The notes beneath the pieces are model-generated. The model was given only the letters and a program-made list of their open reading frames with translations. It searched no databases and was not told where the DNA came from. DNA of 64,000 bases. Source: Candidatus Aenigmatarchaeota archaeon. GTDB lineage: Archaea > Aenigmatarchaeota > Aenigmatarchaeia > JACPZZ01. Location of the stretch: the NCBI GenBank assembly GCA_016180965.1, contig JACPAF010000002.1, positions 1,278 to 65,277 on the forward strand. The letters are read 5' to 3'. Position 1 is the stretch's first letter. The number at the start of each line of letters is the position of its first letter. The translations under genes and the position numbers were made by a program. Shown piece by piece: positions 8,656 to 18,093 of this stretch.

Positions 8656-9729
8656 ATGGATTCGGGAAAATCTTTAATTTTATCTGTTTGCGGGATTCTA
8701 TTGCTTTTGTCTTCATTTTCTTTTGCGCAGCCTTTTAATGGTTCAAAGATGGCTGTTGAATTAATAACACCTGCAGCAAACGAACGTTTTTACAGCGGCA
8801 GCGACCTGACCGTAAAACTGAAGGTGACCGAAAACGGTTTGAATCTGGGCAGCGCGGACGCCTTTTGTAGATTGCTTTTTTCGCGCGATCCGACCGCGGT
8901 ATTTGCGATTAACCTTTCACCAGAGGGCGGCCTTTTTTCCGCTGTTTATAATATCGAGAAAGACTCGGTCATAGAGGAAGGAGCTTATTACGGGGAATAT
9001 GAGATCGGCAGCGGGGATCCCGCACAGGCGTGGATTTTGAAATGTACTGCGACAAGCGGCGGCGATATTGCGGATATTTCGATACCTTTGAAGATCGTCA
9101 ATGAGCCTATATTGCTGGAATTTTTATCTCCGAGTGAAACAGTGGTTGACAGCGGTAAAAAAATTAATGTGATGGTCAGGGCTTATTACCAGAATAATAA
9201 CCCTGTTAAAAATGCTTTGGTCGTATTGGAGGATTCGGACGGGCGTTCATCTAGAATGAACATGATTTCAGACTCAGGCTTCTACGAGTTCAGCGGATAC
9301 GGCGTCATTTCAAACGGCAATTATCTTTCCCTTACGGCTATAGCTGTTGACGGCGAAGGCAATGCGGGCAGTCACTCGATAATAATCAGGATAATTAAAA
9401 ATCAACTGCCTGAAATGGCTTACAAACTTTGGTGGACAATCCCAGTTCTAATGGTCATAATTCTCATGACCCTTTACCTCGAGAAACAGCTGGAATCTTC
9501 TTATTCGGATAAAATTTCAAGGCCCAGGAAGATCAGGGAAATGATAGCGGATTTGCAGGAAGAAAGGCATGATATTATTGAATCAAAGTCTTCGGCTGAA
9601 AATAATTACAATAGCCGGAAAATAAATGAAAATTCATTTGGCCGCATAACTTCTGATTATCTGCGTAAGTTGAATGAAATTGAAACGAAAATCAGGGAAT
9701 TGAAACGCGAGCTGGATGAGTTTGTGTAA
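8656..9729 (+). CDS. secreted, membrane-anchored protein with C-terminal coiled coil
   Basis: Signal-peptide-like N-terminus (LILSVCGILLLLSSFSFAQP), a beta-rich ectodomain, a TM helix (WWTIPVLMVIILMTLYL), then a K/E-rich heptad-like tail. Confidence 0.5.
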   Translation: MDSGKSLILSVCGILLLLSSFSFAQPFNGSKMAVELITPAANERFYSGSDLTVKLKVTENGLNLGSADAFCRLLFSRDPTAVFAINLSPEGGLFSAVYNIEKDSVIEEGAYYGEYEIGSGDPAQAWILKCTATSGGDIADISIPLKIVNEPILLEFLSPSETVVDSGKKINVMVRAYYQNNNPVKNALVVLEDSDGRSSRMNMISDSGFYEFSGYGVISNGNYLSLTAIAVDGEGNAGSHSIIIRIIKNQLPEMAYKLWWTIPVLMVIILMTLYLEKQLESSYSDKISRPRKIREMIADLQEERHDIIESKSSAENNYNSRKINENSFGRITSDYLRKLNEIETKIRELKRELDEFV

Positions 9730-9774
9730 CTAATATATACCCTGTCGGCCAATCATTAATTATCGGGCGTTGAT

Positions 9775-10446
9775 ATGGTTATAGAAAGAGTTCCTACAGG
9801 AATAAGCGGGTTAGACGAACTCATAGAAGGAGGATTTGTAAAAAATTCCTCAATACTTGTTACCGGAAAAACGGGGTCCGGGAAGACTACTTTTATAACC
9901 CAATTCCTTCATGCCGGCGCAAGGGTTTACAAGGATCCTGGAATTTTAGTTTCCACCGAGGAAACGTCCAGAAGTATACGAAATCATTGTGCAAGGTACG
10001 GCTGGAATATGGAGGAATTGGAAAACAAAGGCATGCTAAAAATACTTGAAGTGGAGCCGTTTTCAATAGACACGCTGGTTACGACCATAGAGAAGGAAGC
10101 TCAATTGATCCACGCCAAAAGAATCGTCATTGATTCGGTCAGCATGTTTGAGATGTACATTGACAAGCAGCTTGAGATGAGGAAGATACTTTTTAAAACC
10201 TTAAGAAGGCTAAAGGACCTTGGAACCACGGTTGTAATAACTGCGGAAATACCCGAAGACTCCCAGTCTTTAAGCAGGTACGGAGTGATAGAATTTGCTG
10301 CAGATGCTGTAGTAGTTTTACAGTATATGAGCCTCACAAAATACAAAAGAAGCCTCATGGTAAGGAAGATGCGCGATACCAACCATTCTCAGGATATACA
10401 CCCGTTTGAAATGATGGCGACGGGGATAAATGTGCTGTCAATTTAA
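9775..10446 (+). CDS. KaiC/RecA-superfamily ATPase (single domain)
   Basis: GISGLDELIEGG and Walker A GKTGSGKTTF, as in archaeal KaiC-like/RadB-like proteins. Walker B-like RIVIDSV. Confidence 0.65.
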   Translation: MVIERVPTGISGLDELIEGGFVKNSSILVTGKTGSGKTTFITQFLHAGARVYKDPGILVSTEETSRSIRNHCARYGWNMEELENKGMLKILEVEPFSIDTLVTTIEKEAQLIHAKRIVIDSVSMFEMYIDKQLEMRKILFKTLRRLKDLGTTVVITAEIPEDSQSLSRYGVIEFAADAVVVLQYMSLTKYKRSLMVRKMRDTNHSQDIHPFEMMATGINVLSI

Positions 10447-11357
10447 ATTTTCATGTTATTTTTGTGCGACATTAAAAAGGCGTAACCTACTACGCTTAGG
10501 GTAATGGCGGTTGGCAGGATTTTTGGAAGTGAAAATCCGAAGCTTTCCATCATCATGAAAATCCCGAGGAATGCGATCGAAGTCATGGCGCCGTTTTTGA
10601 GCCAAATATATTTTGATATTTTTCCTATTCCCATCAGGGTCAATTCGCGCAATGCCAACGAGCCTATGCCCAAGCCGAGAAATATGTAAAGCAGGTTGGT
10701 CGTGAAAGCGAATGCGCCTATTACGCTGTCGAAGCTGAATACCATGTCTAAAACTTCCAGGTACATGAACTTGGAAATGTCCGACGCTTCGGTTTTAATC
10801 ATTTTTTCTTCCTGTTTTTCCGCGCTTTCCTTGAAACCGTATAGTATGAAGAAGGCTGCGTTGCCAAGCGCGGCAGTTATCATCATGGGCGGGTTAGAAC
10901 GCGCGAAATAAAGCACGGACGCAAGCAACAGGGCTGCGAATGCGAAGAACCATACATCATGGTTTTCTTTCAGCAGTTTTTCGTGTATAAAAAGAGGGTT
11001 TTTCTTTTCCATGAACAGCCAGTGGAAATAGACCAGAAGCATGAACATGCCGCCGAATGACAGTATCAGGTATTTTTGATGCTCGATGGCTTCGTGGGCC
11101 AGTGAGCTGTCGGAAGTGAATAATTTCGCAATACCATCTGCGGTTATATCCGGTACAAGCAGCCACACCATGACCAATGGGAGGATCAAACGCATCAATA
11201 AAACGGCAGTAAGAATTCCAAACACAAGGAAAATTTTCCTCCATTTCTGCCCCATATTTTTCAGTATGTGCGCGTTAATTATGGCGTTGTCCATGCTCAC
11301 GATTATTTCAAATACGGCCAATCCTATAACGACGGCCAAACCGTCCAACAAACTCAC
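10443..11357 (-). CDS. TerC/DUF475-family integral membrane protein
   Basis: Polytopic hydrophobic ORF with a SMDNAIINA motif characteristic of TerC-like proteins. Confidence 0.5.
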   Translation of the reverse strand: MSLLDGLAVVIGLAVFEIIVSMDNAIINAHILKNMGQKWRKIFLVFGILTAVLLMRLILPLVMVWLLVPDITADGIAKLFTSDSSLAHEAIEHQKYLILSFGGMFMLLVYFHWLFMEKKNPLFIHEKLLKENHDVWFFAFAALLLASVLYFARSNPPMMITAALGNAAFFILYGFKESAEKQEEKMIKTEASDISKFMYLEVLDMVFSFDSVIGAFAFTTNLLYIFLGLGIGSLALRELTLMGIGKISKYIWLKNGAMTSIAFLGIFMMMESFGFSLPKILPTAITLSVVGYAFLMSHKNNMKI

Positions 11358-11429
11358 GTTTTCACAGTTAATTTTTAATTTGTGTTATTTAATAATCAAA
11401 AAATAAAATTAAAAACCGGATCAGTTGGG

Positions 11430-14072
11430 ATGAAGTACGATAATAATTACCGCGGATTGTCAACGACTGAAGCGGCCATTTTGACCGCGAAGTTTGGACT
11501 AAACAAACTGCGCGAAAAAAAAGGCAAGGACCCGCTTGAGCTGTTTTTAGAGCAATTTTCGAGCGTATTGATACTGATACTGATATTGGCCGCGTCCGTG
11601 TCTTTTTTCCTCGGGGAAGTGATAGATTCGATTGCGATAATTGCCATAGTTTTCCTTAACGCGGTCCTAGGTTTCGTCCAGGAATACAGGGCTGAAAAGT
11701 CATTGGATGCGCTGCGAAAAATAATAAGCCCTACAGCCAAAGTTGTGCGGGACGGGCGGGAAACCGTTATACCGGCTGCGGATATAGTACCGGGCGACCT
11801 TGTTATCATTGAGGCCGGGGATAAAGTCCCTTCCGACGGCATTATAGTGGAATCTTTCAGCCTTCACGCCGACGAATCGTCTTTAACCGGAGAATCGCTG
11901 CCGGTTGAAAAAAACGTTGACCTCGATAAGGATGAAAGCGTTCCTGTCCCGGAACGGGTTAACAGGGTTTTCATGGGGACCGCGGTAACATACGGGCGCG
12001 CGAAATTCGTTGTTGAGAAAACGGGAATGGGTACCGAAATAGGAAAAATAGCGGAGGTTATACAGGAGCAGAAATTATCAAAGACGCCGCTCCAGAAAAA
12101 GTTGGATGTTTTTGGCAAGGAAATGGCCAAGGTAATTTTCATAATCATAGCCGTGGTTTTTGTTTTGGGCGTGAACAAGGGCGTTGATTCTTTCAACATG
12201 TTTTTGGCTTCTGTGTCTCTGGCCGTGGCTGCAATCCCGGAAGGTTTGCCTGCAGTAGTTACGACTTCATTGGCGCTGGGAGTTTACAGGATGTCAAAGA
12301 AAAACGCAATAGTGAGAAAATTACCTGCAGTTGAGACGCTAGGCGCGACTACTGTGATAGTTACGGATAAAACGGGTACACTGACCGAAAACCAGATGAC
12401 GGTAAAAAAAATATACACCCCATCGAAATTTTATGAAGTAAGCGGGAGCGGTTACAATGTTGATGGAGTTTTTATGGTTGACGGGAAGGAAGCCGATGTG
12501 GATGAAGACCTTAAAATGCTGTTGAAAGCCGGGGTTATTTGCAATAACTCATCTTTCTCCATAGAAAACGGCATGCCCAAAGTTGTCGGGGATCCGACTG
12601 AAGTTTCGATGCTGGTGGCCGGCGCGAAGGCCGGACTTTACAAAGAATCGCTTAACGAGATATACAACAGGAAGTATGAAGTAGTTTTTGATTCGGACAG
12701 GAAAAGGATGAGCGTTGTTAACAGCACGAAAAAGGATTCTATAGTTTGCACGAAAGGCGCTGTTGATGTGATGTTGAAGTTGTGTTCCAACGAGCTGGTG
12801 CGGGGCAAGGAAATGAAACTTTCCGAGGGCAGAAAATCAGAGATATTGAAGATTAATGAATCCATGGCTTCGGAGGCGCTGCGCATAATAGCCGTGGCTT
12901 ACAAAAATTATGGCGAAAAAAACTACGACAAGGATAAGATAGAATCAGGCCTGGTTTTTCTCGGTTTAGTGGGCATGATAGACCCGCCCAGGAAAGAAGT
13001 CAAAGAGTCTATTGAAATCTGCAAAAAAGCCGGCATAAAAACCGTGATGATCACAGGCGACCATAAGATAACCGCGATTGCGATCGCCAATGAATTGAAT
13101 TTTCCGGAGGGGCGTGTTATAACCGGCAGCGAACTGGACGGATTAAGCAGCGAGGAATTCGATAAGATAGTCGGAGATACGTACGTTTATGCGAGGATGT
13201 CTCCGCAGCATAAAACACGAATAGTCAAAGCGCTGCAAGACATGGGGGAAGTGGTTGCGATGACCGGCGACGGAGTCAACGACGCGCCCGCGTTGCGTTT
13301 AGCGGACATAGGCGTTTCCATGGGTATAACGGGAACGGACGTTTCAAAAGAAGCTTCCACCATGGTGTTGACGGATGATAATTTTGCGACCATAGTTAGC
13401 GCAGTTAAAGAGGGCCGCGGAATTTACGATAACATAAGAAAATTCGTTTTTTATCTCTTGTCCTGCAACATAGGGGAGGTTTTAACAGTATTCTTTGCGA
13501 TACTTTTAGGTTCTACGATAATGAAAGAATTGCCATTGCCCCTGGTTGCGGTCCAAATTTTATGGATGAACTTGTTGACGGACGGCTTGCCTGCGCTTGC
13601 GCTGGGAATGCAACCCGTGGAAAAGGATATAATGGAGCGGAAGCCGAGGAACATGAAAGAGGAAATTATCAACAGAAAAACAATATACGATATAATTTTT
13701 GTCGGCTTTTTGATATCAATCGGTACGTTATATGTGTTTTTGGGGCATTTACCAGATGTTGCGAAAGCGCAATCGGCTGCGTTTACCACGATCGTGTTTT
13801 TCCAGTTGTTCCAAGCCATTAATTCCCAATCAAACAAATCTGTGCTTAAAATAATTGACGCCAATAAACACTTGGCGTTTGCAATATCGATATCCTTCCT
13901 GCTGCAGCTCGTTGTATTATACGTCCCTGCGGCGAATTCAATATTTGGAACGGTTCCTTTGACAATCGACGAATTAATCCAGACTATTGCGGTCTCTTTC
14001 TTGATTTTGCCTGCTGTAGAATTGAGAAAAATTATTTTCAACCGACCCGTAAAAGACGTTGATAATCTATGA
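11430..14072 (+). CDS. P-type cation-transporting ATPase (type IIA, Ca2+-ATPase-like)
   Basis: TGES, DKTGTLT phosphorylation site, KGA, MITGDH, TGDGVNDAPAL, and 10 predicted TM segments. The ATG at 11430 is preferred over the GTG at 11382. Confidence 0.9.
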   Translation: MKYDNNYRGLSTTEAAILTAKFGLNKLREKKGKDPLELFLEQFSSVLILILILAASVSFFLGEVIDSIAIIAIVFLNAVLGFVQEYRAEKSLDALRKIISPTAKVVRDGRETVIPAADIVPGDLVIIEAGDKVPSDGIIVESFSLHADESSLTGESLPVEKNVDLDKDESVPVPERVNRVFMGTAVTYGRAKFVVEKTGMGTEIGKIAEVIQEQKLSKTPLQKKLDVFGKEMAKVIFIIIAVVFVLGVNKGVDSFNMFLASVSLAVAAIPEGLPAVVTTSLALGVYRMSKKNAIVRKLPAVETLGATTVIVTDKTGTLTENQMTVKKIYTPSKFYEVSGSGYNVDGVFMVDGKEADVDEDLKMLLKAGVICNNSSFSIENGMPKVVGDPTEVSMLVAGAKAGLYKESLNEIYNRKYEVVFDSDRKRMSVVNSTKKDSIVCTKGAVDVMLKLCSNELVRGKEMKLSEGRKSEILKINESMASEALRIIAVAYKNYGEKNYDKDKIESGLVFLGLVGMIDPPRKEVKESIEICKKAGIKTVMITGDHKITAIAIANELNFPEGRVITGSELDGLSSEEFDKIVGDTYVYARMSPQHKTRIVKALQDMGEVVAMTGDGVNDAPALRLADIGVSMGITGTDVSKEASTMVLTDDNFATIVSAVKEGRGIYDNIRKFVFYLLSCNIGEVLTVFFAILLGSTIMKELPLPLVAVQILWMNLLTDGLPALALGMQPVEKDIMERKPRNMKEEIINRKTIYDIIFVGFLISIGTLYVFLGHLPDVAKAQSAAFTTIVFFQLFQAINSQSNKSVLKIIDANKHLAFAISISFLLQLVVLYVPAANSIFGTVPLTIDELIQTIAVSFLILPAVELRKIIFNRPVKDVDNL

Positions 14073-14458
14073 AAATAAAAAAATTAATCCTGGACGCGAA
14101 CATTTTAATAGAAGCAGTTAAAGGCGGGTCGGGCATTTTCAGCCATCTGGAAGAAGTTTTTCCCGGATGCGAACTGGTGACGTCGCGCTCTGTGGTTTTG
14201 GAAGTTGAAAAAATTTCCCGTGGAAGAAGCAAGATTTCAAAAGCCGCTAAACTGGCCTTGCAATTTGCTGAAAGGAATTCATTGAAGATCAAAAAAACAA
14301 AAAGCAAGGGCGACGATTCGTTGATCGAACTGTGCGATGCTGGCAGCGTTTTGATAAGCCAGGATAAAGAATTGCGTAAAAGATGCGTTGAAAACGGTTT
14401 TTTAGCAGGATATTTAAGGGACAGAAGATATTTAATGTTCGGACGGGAGATAAGATAA
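14069..14458 (+). CDS. PIN-domain endonuclease, Fcf1/Utp24-like
   Basis: LILDANILIE (first acidic residue), LEVEKI, GDDSLIE and ISQDKELRKR fit the Fcf1-type PIN pattern. Confidence 0.6.
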   Translation: MKIKKLILDANILIEAVKGGSGIFSHLEEVFPGCELVTSRSVVLEVEKISRGRSKISKAAKLALQFAERNSLKIKKTKSKGDDSLIELCDAGSVLISQDKELRKRCVENGFLAGYLRDRRYLMFGREIR

Positions 14459-14459
14459 A

Positions 14460-14978
14460 ATGAATCTTCTAAAAGATCTTGATGTTGGAAAAAAAGCGCC
14501 GAACGAAATCAATGTAGTTGTGGAGATACCGAAAGGCTCCAGAAACAAATATGAATATGACAAGGAAAAAGGCGTTTTCATACTTGACCGCGTTCTGCGG
14601 TCGCCATTCCATTATGCCGGCGATTACGGTTTCGTTCCACGGACGCTGTGTGGCGACGGCGACGCGCTGGATGTGATTGTCCTTGTTGACCAGCCAAGTT
14701 TTCCGGGTTGCGTAATTAATGCAAGGCCAGTTGCAATGATGCTGATGAAAGATGAAAAAGGCACTGACGAAAAGATTTTAGCGGTCCCAGTTGATGATTC
14801 GCGTTACGATGAGATGGTCAGCATGGCGACAGTTCCGGCGCACATTTTGAAGGAGATTGCACATTTCTTTGAACAATACAAAGCCCTTGAAAAGGGCAAG
14901 TGGGCCAAAGTAGAGGGCTGGAAAAGCGCGGAAGAGGCGAAGAAATTAATAACAACGTCAATGAAGGCGTTTAAGTAA
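14460..14978 (+). CDS. ppa: inorganic pyrophosphatase
   Basis: VVVEIPKGSRNKYEYD, DYGFVPRTLCGDGDALDV, KILAVPVDD. Confidence 0.9.
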   Translation: MNLLKDLDVGKKAPNEINVVVEIPKGSRNKYEYDKEKGVFILDRVLRSPFHYAGDYGFVPRTLCGDGDALDVIVLVDQPSFPGCVINARPVAMMLMKDEKGTDEKILAVPVDDSRYDEMVSMATVPAHILKEIAHFFEQYKALEKGKWAKVEGWKSAEEAKKLITTSMKAFK

Positions 14979-15038
14979 GCTTTTCTGCCCGTTATGGGAG
15001 TTTGTTTATATTTATTTTCATACTTTCAATAGAAAATT

Positions 15039-15740
15039 ATGTCCGGATTTGATTCTGCGTTTCATGAACCACTGAGGTTGACATCTACGGGTGTGGTCAA
15101 CGATTTTCGAGTGGGTCCCTCTAGCAGTTTGCCTGGAGCGAATATTCCATACAGTTATATTGGTCCAGATGCGAGGCCATGCGGTGGCATAGGCGGTTAC
15201 TATGCTGCAGCGAATGAAGCAAAACGGCTGCAAGATGCTGCTTGGGATTCTGTGCCAACTCATAATATTCATGAGCCTTACAAATTACTAGATACATCAG
15301 CTAGTTTGCCTGATATAAATCCTATGCGTGCGATAATGGCTAAAATAATGCGGGAGCAAGACGAAGCGATGAGACAGGGTATCGAAAGTGCTAGGTCTTC
15401 TGCGAGTATGCCTGATACAAATCCTATGCGTGCGATAATGGCAAGAGTATATGAGCGACAGGAAGTGGCAAGAAAACTGCAAGTACAACAGAAAATGACA
15501 CGACAGTATCTCGAAAGTGGAGAAGATATTGGGGTTGCACAAATCCAACATCAACGCGGTTCGTTAACTGTCTACGAACAGACCGGATATTCTCACATCA
15601 GTCATGTGGCAGGCGAAGGATACCATTTAACTACACAGGTTCCGGGAATAGGCAGAGATGAAGGTTTGGATGAAGGATTGTCATTTCATACTTATGTTAA
15701 GCCGAATAGAAGCGGACGCCTGAAATTCGATTCAGAGTAA
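15039..15740 (+). CDS. hypothetical protein with internal tandem repeat
   Basis: 233-aa ORF with no recognisable domain. It contains two copies of (L/M)PD(I/T)NPMRAIMA spaced 34 aa apart. Confidence 0.5.
   Translation: MSGFDSAFHEPLRLTSTGVVNDFRVGPSSSLPGANIPYSYIGPDARPCGGIGGYYAAANEAKRLQDAAWDSVPTHNIHEPYKLLDTSASLPDINPMRAIMAKIMREQDEAMRQGIESARSSASMPDTNPMRAIMARVYERQEVARKLQVQQKMTRQYLESGEDIGVAQIQHQRGSLTVYEQTGYSHISHVAGEGYHLTTQVPGIGRDEGLDEGLSFHTYVKPNRSGRLKFDSE
15308..15442 (+). repeat. 33-nt direct repeat pair inside CDS (15308-15340 and 15410-15442)
   Basis: GCCTGATA(T/C)AAATCCTATGCGTGCGATAATGGC occurs twice with a single mismatch, 102 nt apart and in frame. Confidence 0.85.
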
Positions 15741-15856
15741 CTGATTTTAATAACCGGCATTTTTGGCTACCTTTATAAAGCTTAAATGACTAATTTCAGT
15801 TGCGACACACAGGTCAAATCTTCTATTTGGCTGGCATTAACGCTTTAGGTGGAAAT

Positions 15857-16426
15857 ATGTACAAATTACTTACAATCGAGGATGTGGTCAGGGTTCCGCC
15901 AGCAAAAATGGGTATGCCCATAAAAAAAGCTGTCAAACAGAGCTTGCAAGAACAGTTGGAAGGGGTCATGGACAAGGAAATGGGCGTCATGGTCGCAGTT
16001 ACGGAAATCACACACGTGGGCGAGGGTAAATTGCTGCCGGGCGACGGTTCGATACATTATGTCGTGACTTTTGACGTATTGTCTTATTATCCTACAATGT
16101 ACGAAATCGTCAGCGGTGAAGTGATCGATATTACAGAGTTTGGCGCGTTTGTACGCATGGGACCTTTGGACGGGCTAGTCCATATTTCACAGGTAATGGA
16201 TGATTTCGTTTCATACGACGCCAAAAACTCAATGTTTTTAGGCAAGGATTCCAAAAGAACTATAAAAGAAGGCGACAGCGTAAAGGCGCGCGTGATAACC
16301 GTATCAATGGGAAAAAATGATTACAAGATCGGGATGACAATGCGCCAAAACGGGTTGGGCGTTTTGGATTGGCCGCCGATTAAGAAAGGTGAAGTTAAAG
16401 ATCAAAAAGAAGAGGCTAAGAAATAA
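15857..16426 (+). CDS. rpoE: DNA-directed RNA polymerase subunit E' (Rpo7)
   Basis: MYKLLTIEDVVRVPP N-terminus and an S1 domain (GEVIDITEFGAFVRMGPLDGLVHISQV). ATG at 15857. Confidence 0.85.
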   Translation: MYKLLTIEDVVRVPPAKMGMPIKKAVKQSLQEQLEGVMDKEMGVMVAVTEITHVGEGKLLPGDGSIHYVVTFDVLSYYPTMYEIVSGEVIDITEFGAFVRMGPLDGLVHISQVMDDFVSYDAKNSMFLGKDSKRTIKEGDSVKARVITVSMGKNDYKIGMTMRQNGLGVLDWPPIKKGEVKDQKEEAKK

Positions 16427-16611
16427 TGGCAGATAAAGTTTGCAGGGCGTGTCGCAGGTTCGTCAAAGAAGGCGTTTGCCCGGTTTGCAAAGGCACGAGT
16501 TTTTCGTGGACTTGGAAAGGCATTGTCATGGTTAACGATCCGAAAGATTCTTCCATCGCGAAGCATATGGGCATAACGGCCCCGGGCAAATATTGCATAT
16601 TGGTGAAATGA
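16426..16611 (+). CDS. spt4: transcription elongation factor Spt4 (RpoE'')
   Basis: 61 aa with zinc ribbon CRACRRF...CPVCKG and the conserved W.G....DP..S..A tail. It sits immediately after rpoE, as is usual in archaea. Confidence 0.8.
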   Translation: MADKVCRACRRFVKEGVCPVCKGTSFSWTWKGIVMVNDPKDSSIAKHMGITAPGKYCILVK

Positions 16612-16923
16612 ATGGAGATTGAACCAGTTTCTGAGAAAATTAACCCTGTCTTGAACAGGAAGGAGTTGGTCGTTAAGATCAAAAACTCAGGCGCCACGCC
16701 GTCCAGAAAAGATGTAGTCGCGGGCATCGCATCGCATTTCGGCGTCGATGAAAAAAATATCCTGGTCGACCAGATAATCACGGAATTCGGTACGGCCGAG
16801 GCGCGTGTTCGAGTTAAGATTTATGATGATCCAAAGTTCATACCAAAACAAAGGCTTGAAATTGTAAAGGCCCGTTCCAAACCGGCGAACGCACCAACAG
16901 AGGTTAAAAATGACAAAACATAA
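16612..16923 (+). CDS. rps24e: 30S ribosomal protein S24e
   Basis: [13 protein letters not shown]...GATPSRKDV...[12 protein letters not shown] pattern of eS24. Confidence 0.85.
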   Translation: MEIEPVSEKINPVLNRKELVVKIKNSGATPSRKDVVAGIASHFGVDEKNILVDQIITEFGTAEARVRVKIYDDPKFIPKQRLEIVKARSKPANAPTEVKNDKT

Positions 16924-17068
16924 GCTGATACAATTGTGGAAAATGTACAAGGACGGCAAACACAAGAATAGGGCATGCCCGCGCTGCGGAGCAGGAACAT
17001 GGCTCGCGGAGCATAAGGACAGGTTCACCTGCGGAAAATGTAAATACAGTGAAAGCAAGAAGAAATGA
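16910..17068 (+). CDS. rps27ae: 30S ribosomal protein S27ae
   Basis: A 52-aa ORF below the track cutoff: [52 protein letters not shown]. It has the C4 zinc ribbon of eS31 and follows rps24e as in other archaea. Confidence 0.8.
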   Translation: MTKHKLIQLWKMYKDGKHKNRACPRCGAGTWLAEHKDRFTCGKCKYSESKKK

Positions 17069-17071
17069 TTT

Positions 17072-18061
17072 TTAGGCGCATATGACCGCGGTTTCCGCCG
17101 TGGATGAGGACGTGGCAATTTTTATTGTGTGTTTTCCTGTCGCGCCAGGATAATTTATTATCATTCCGGATTTTCCCGGCTGTACGTTGATATCTCCTAC
17201 GTTTTTATTGTACACTTTTATTTCGTCCAATAGTCCTCCCATCCGGTTTACAAGGTTTCCGCTTGAGCCTATAATCAGGCTGCCACCCGGGCCGTAATTT
17301 ATGGCCGGCCTTGCCACGGTCCCTTCCAGTTTGCCGTTGATGTACAATTTTATGTATGCGCCGTCATAGAGAGCTGTGAGATGGTACCATGTGCCTGTTA
17401 CGGGTATTGTCGCAGAGTAAACCCTTGGTTCCACCACGGCTCCGTCGTAAACAAAGAAACTTATTTTATTTCCTTCCACCGGGCTGTCTTTTCTTAAAAA
17501 ATATGCGCCTTCAGCAGGGGTTCCTTTTTGTGCAACTATTTCCTGATAACCGGAAAGCGTGTCAAAATTTACCCACGACATTACGGTAATTTTCGCAGGA
17601 GATACCTGCGACGCGCTAAGATAGTCGTTGGATCCGTCGAAATCCAAAGCGTTGCCTGATTTGCCCATTGCCCACGCGGGACAATCCGGACAAAGCGGTT
17701 TAAGCGATGCGTCGTTTGCACTTACCGAGTAATCTTTTGCAACCGCGCCGGACCCTTCGTCGAATTTCCAATAGCCGACCAAACCCGATGACATGTCACC
17801 GAAGAAAGGGCTATTCGACACGTCGTTACCGTCTATCTGCGCGATCAATATGTCCGAACCTGTCAAAGTTTTATCGCCGTTGTTCAAAACAAATACTTTA
17901 ATTTCGCCGTTTGAACATAAAGCACCGCCGGGCGGGATTGAGATTGCTTTTGATGTGGAAGATGAAAATAACCCGGAAAACCAAACTGAAGCCGCGCCAA
18001 CGATGCCGACCGTAATTAACATCAGCATGACCAACGCTATAACAGGCGTTATGGCTTTCAT
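17072..18061 (-). CDS. archaeal type IV pilin-like protein fused to a LamG (concanavalin-A-like lectin) domain, copy 1
   Basis: N-terminus MKAITPVIALVMLMLITVGIVG is an archaeal pilin N-terminal (class III signal) pattern. The C-terminal half has LVGYWKFDEGSG...GKSGNALDFDG...YHLTALYDG..IKLYINGKL, typical of the LamG_3 fold. Confidence 0.65.
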   Translation of the reverse strand: MKAITPVIALVMLMLITVGIVGAASVWFSGLFSSSTSKAISIPPGGALCSNGEIKVFVLNNGDKTLTGSDILIAQIDGNDVSNSPFFGDMSSGLVGYWKFDEGSGAVAKDYSVSANDASLKPLCPDCPAWAMGKSGNALDFDGSNDYLSASQVSPAKITVMSWVNFDTLSGYQEIVAQKGTPAEGAYFLRKDSPVEGNKISFFVYDGAVVEPRVYSATIPVTGTWYHLTALYDGAYIKLYINGKLEGTVARPAINYGPGGSLIIGSSGNLVNRMGGLLDEIKVYNKNVGDINVQPGKSGMIINYPGATGKHTIKIATSSSTAETAVICA

Positions 18062-18093
18062 ACATTATCGTTGAGTTTTTCCTGTTAAATTTA

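Noticed and set aside
11447-14041. Multiple antisense or off-frame ORFs inside the P-type ATPase gene. Similar ones occur inside aIF5B, the mevalonate genes and the giant adhesin.
   Set aside because: They are typical shadow ORFs opposite long, well-supported coding regions, with no independent motifs.
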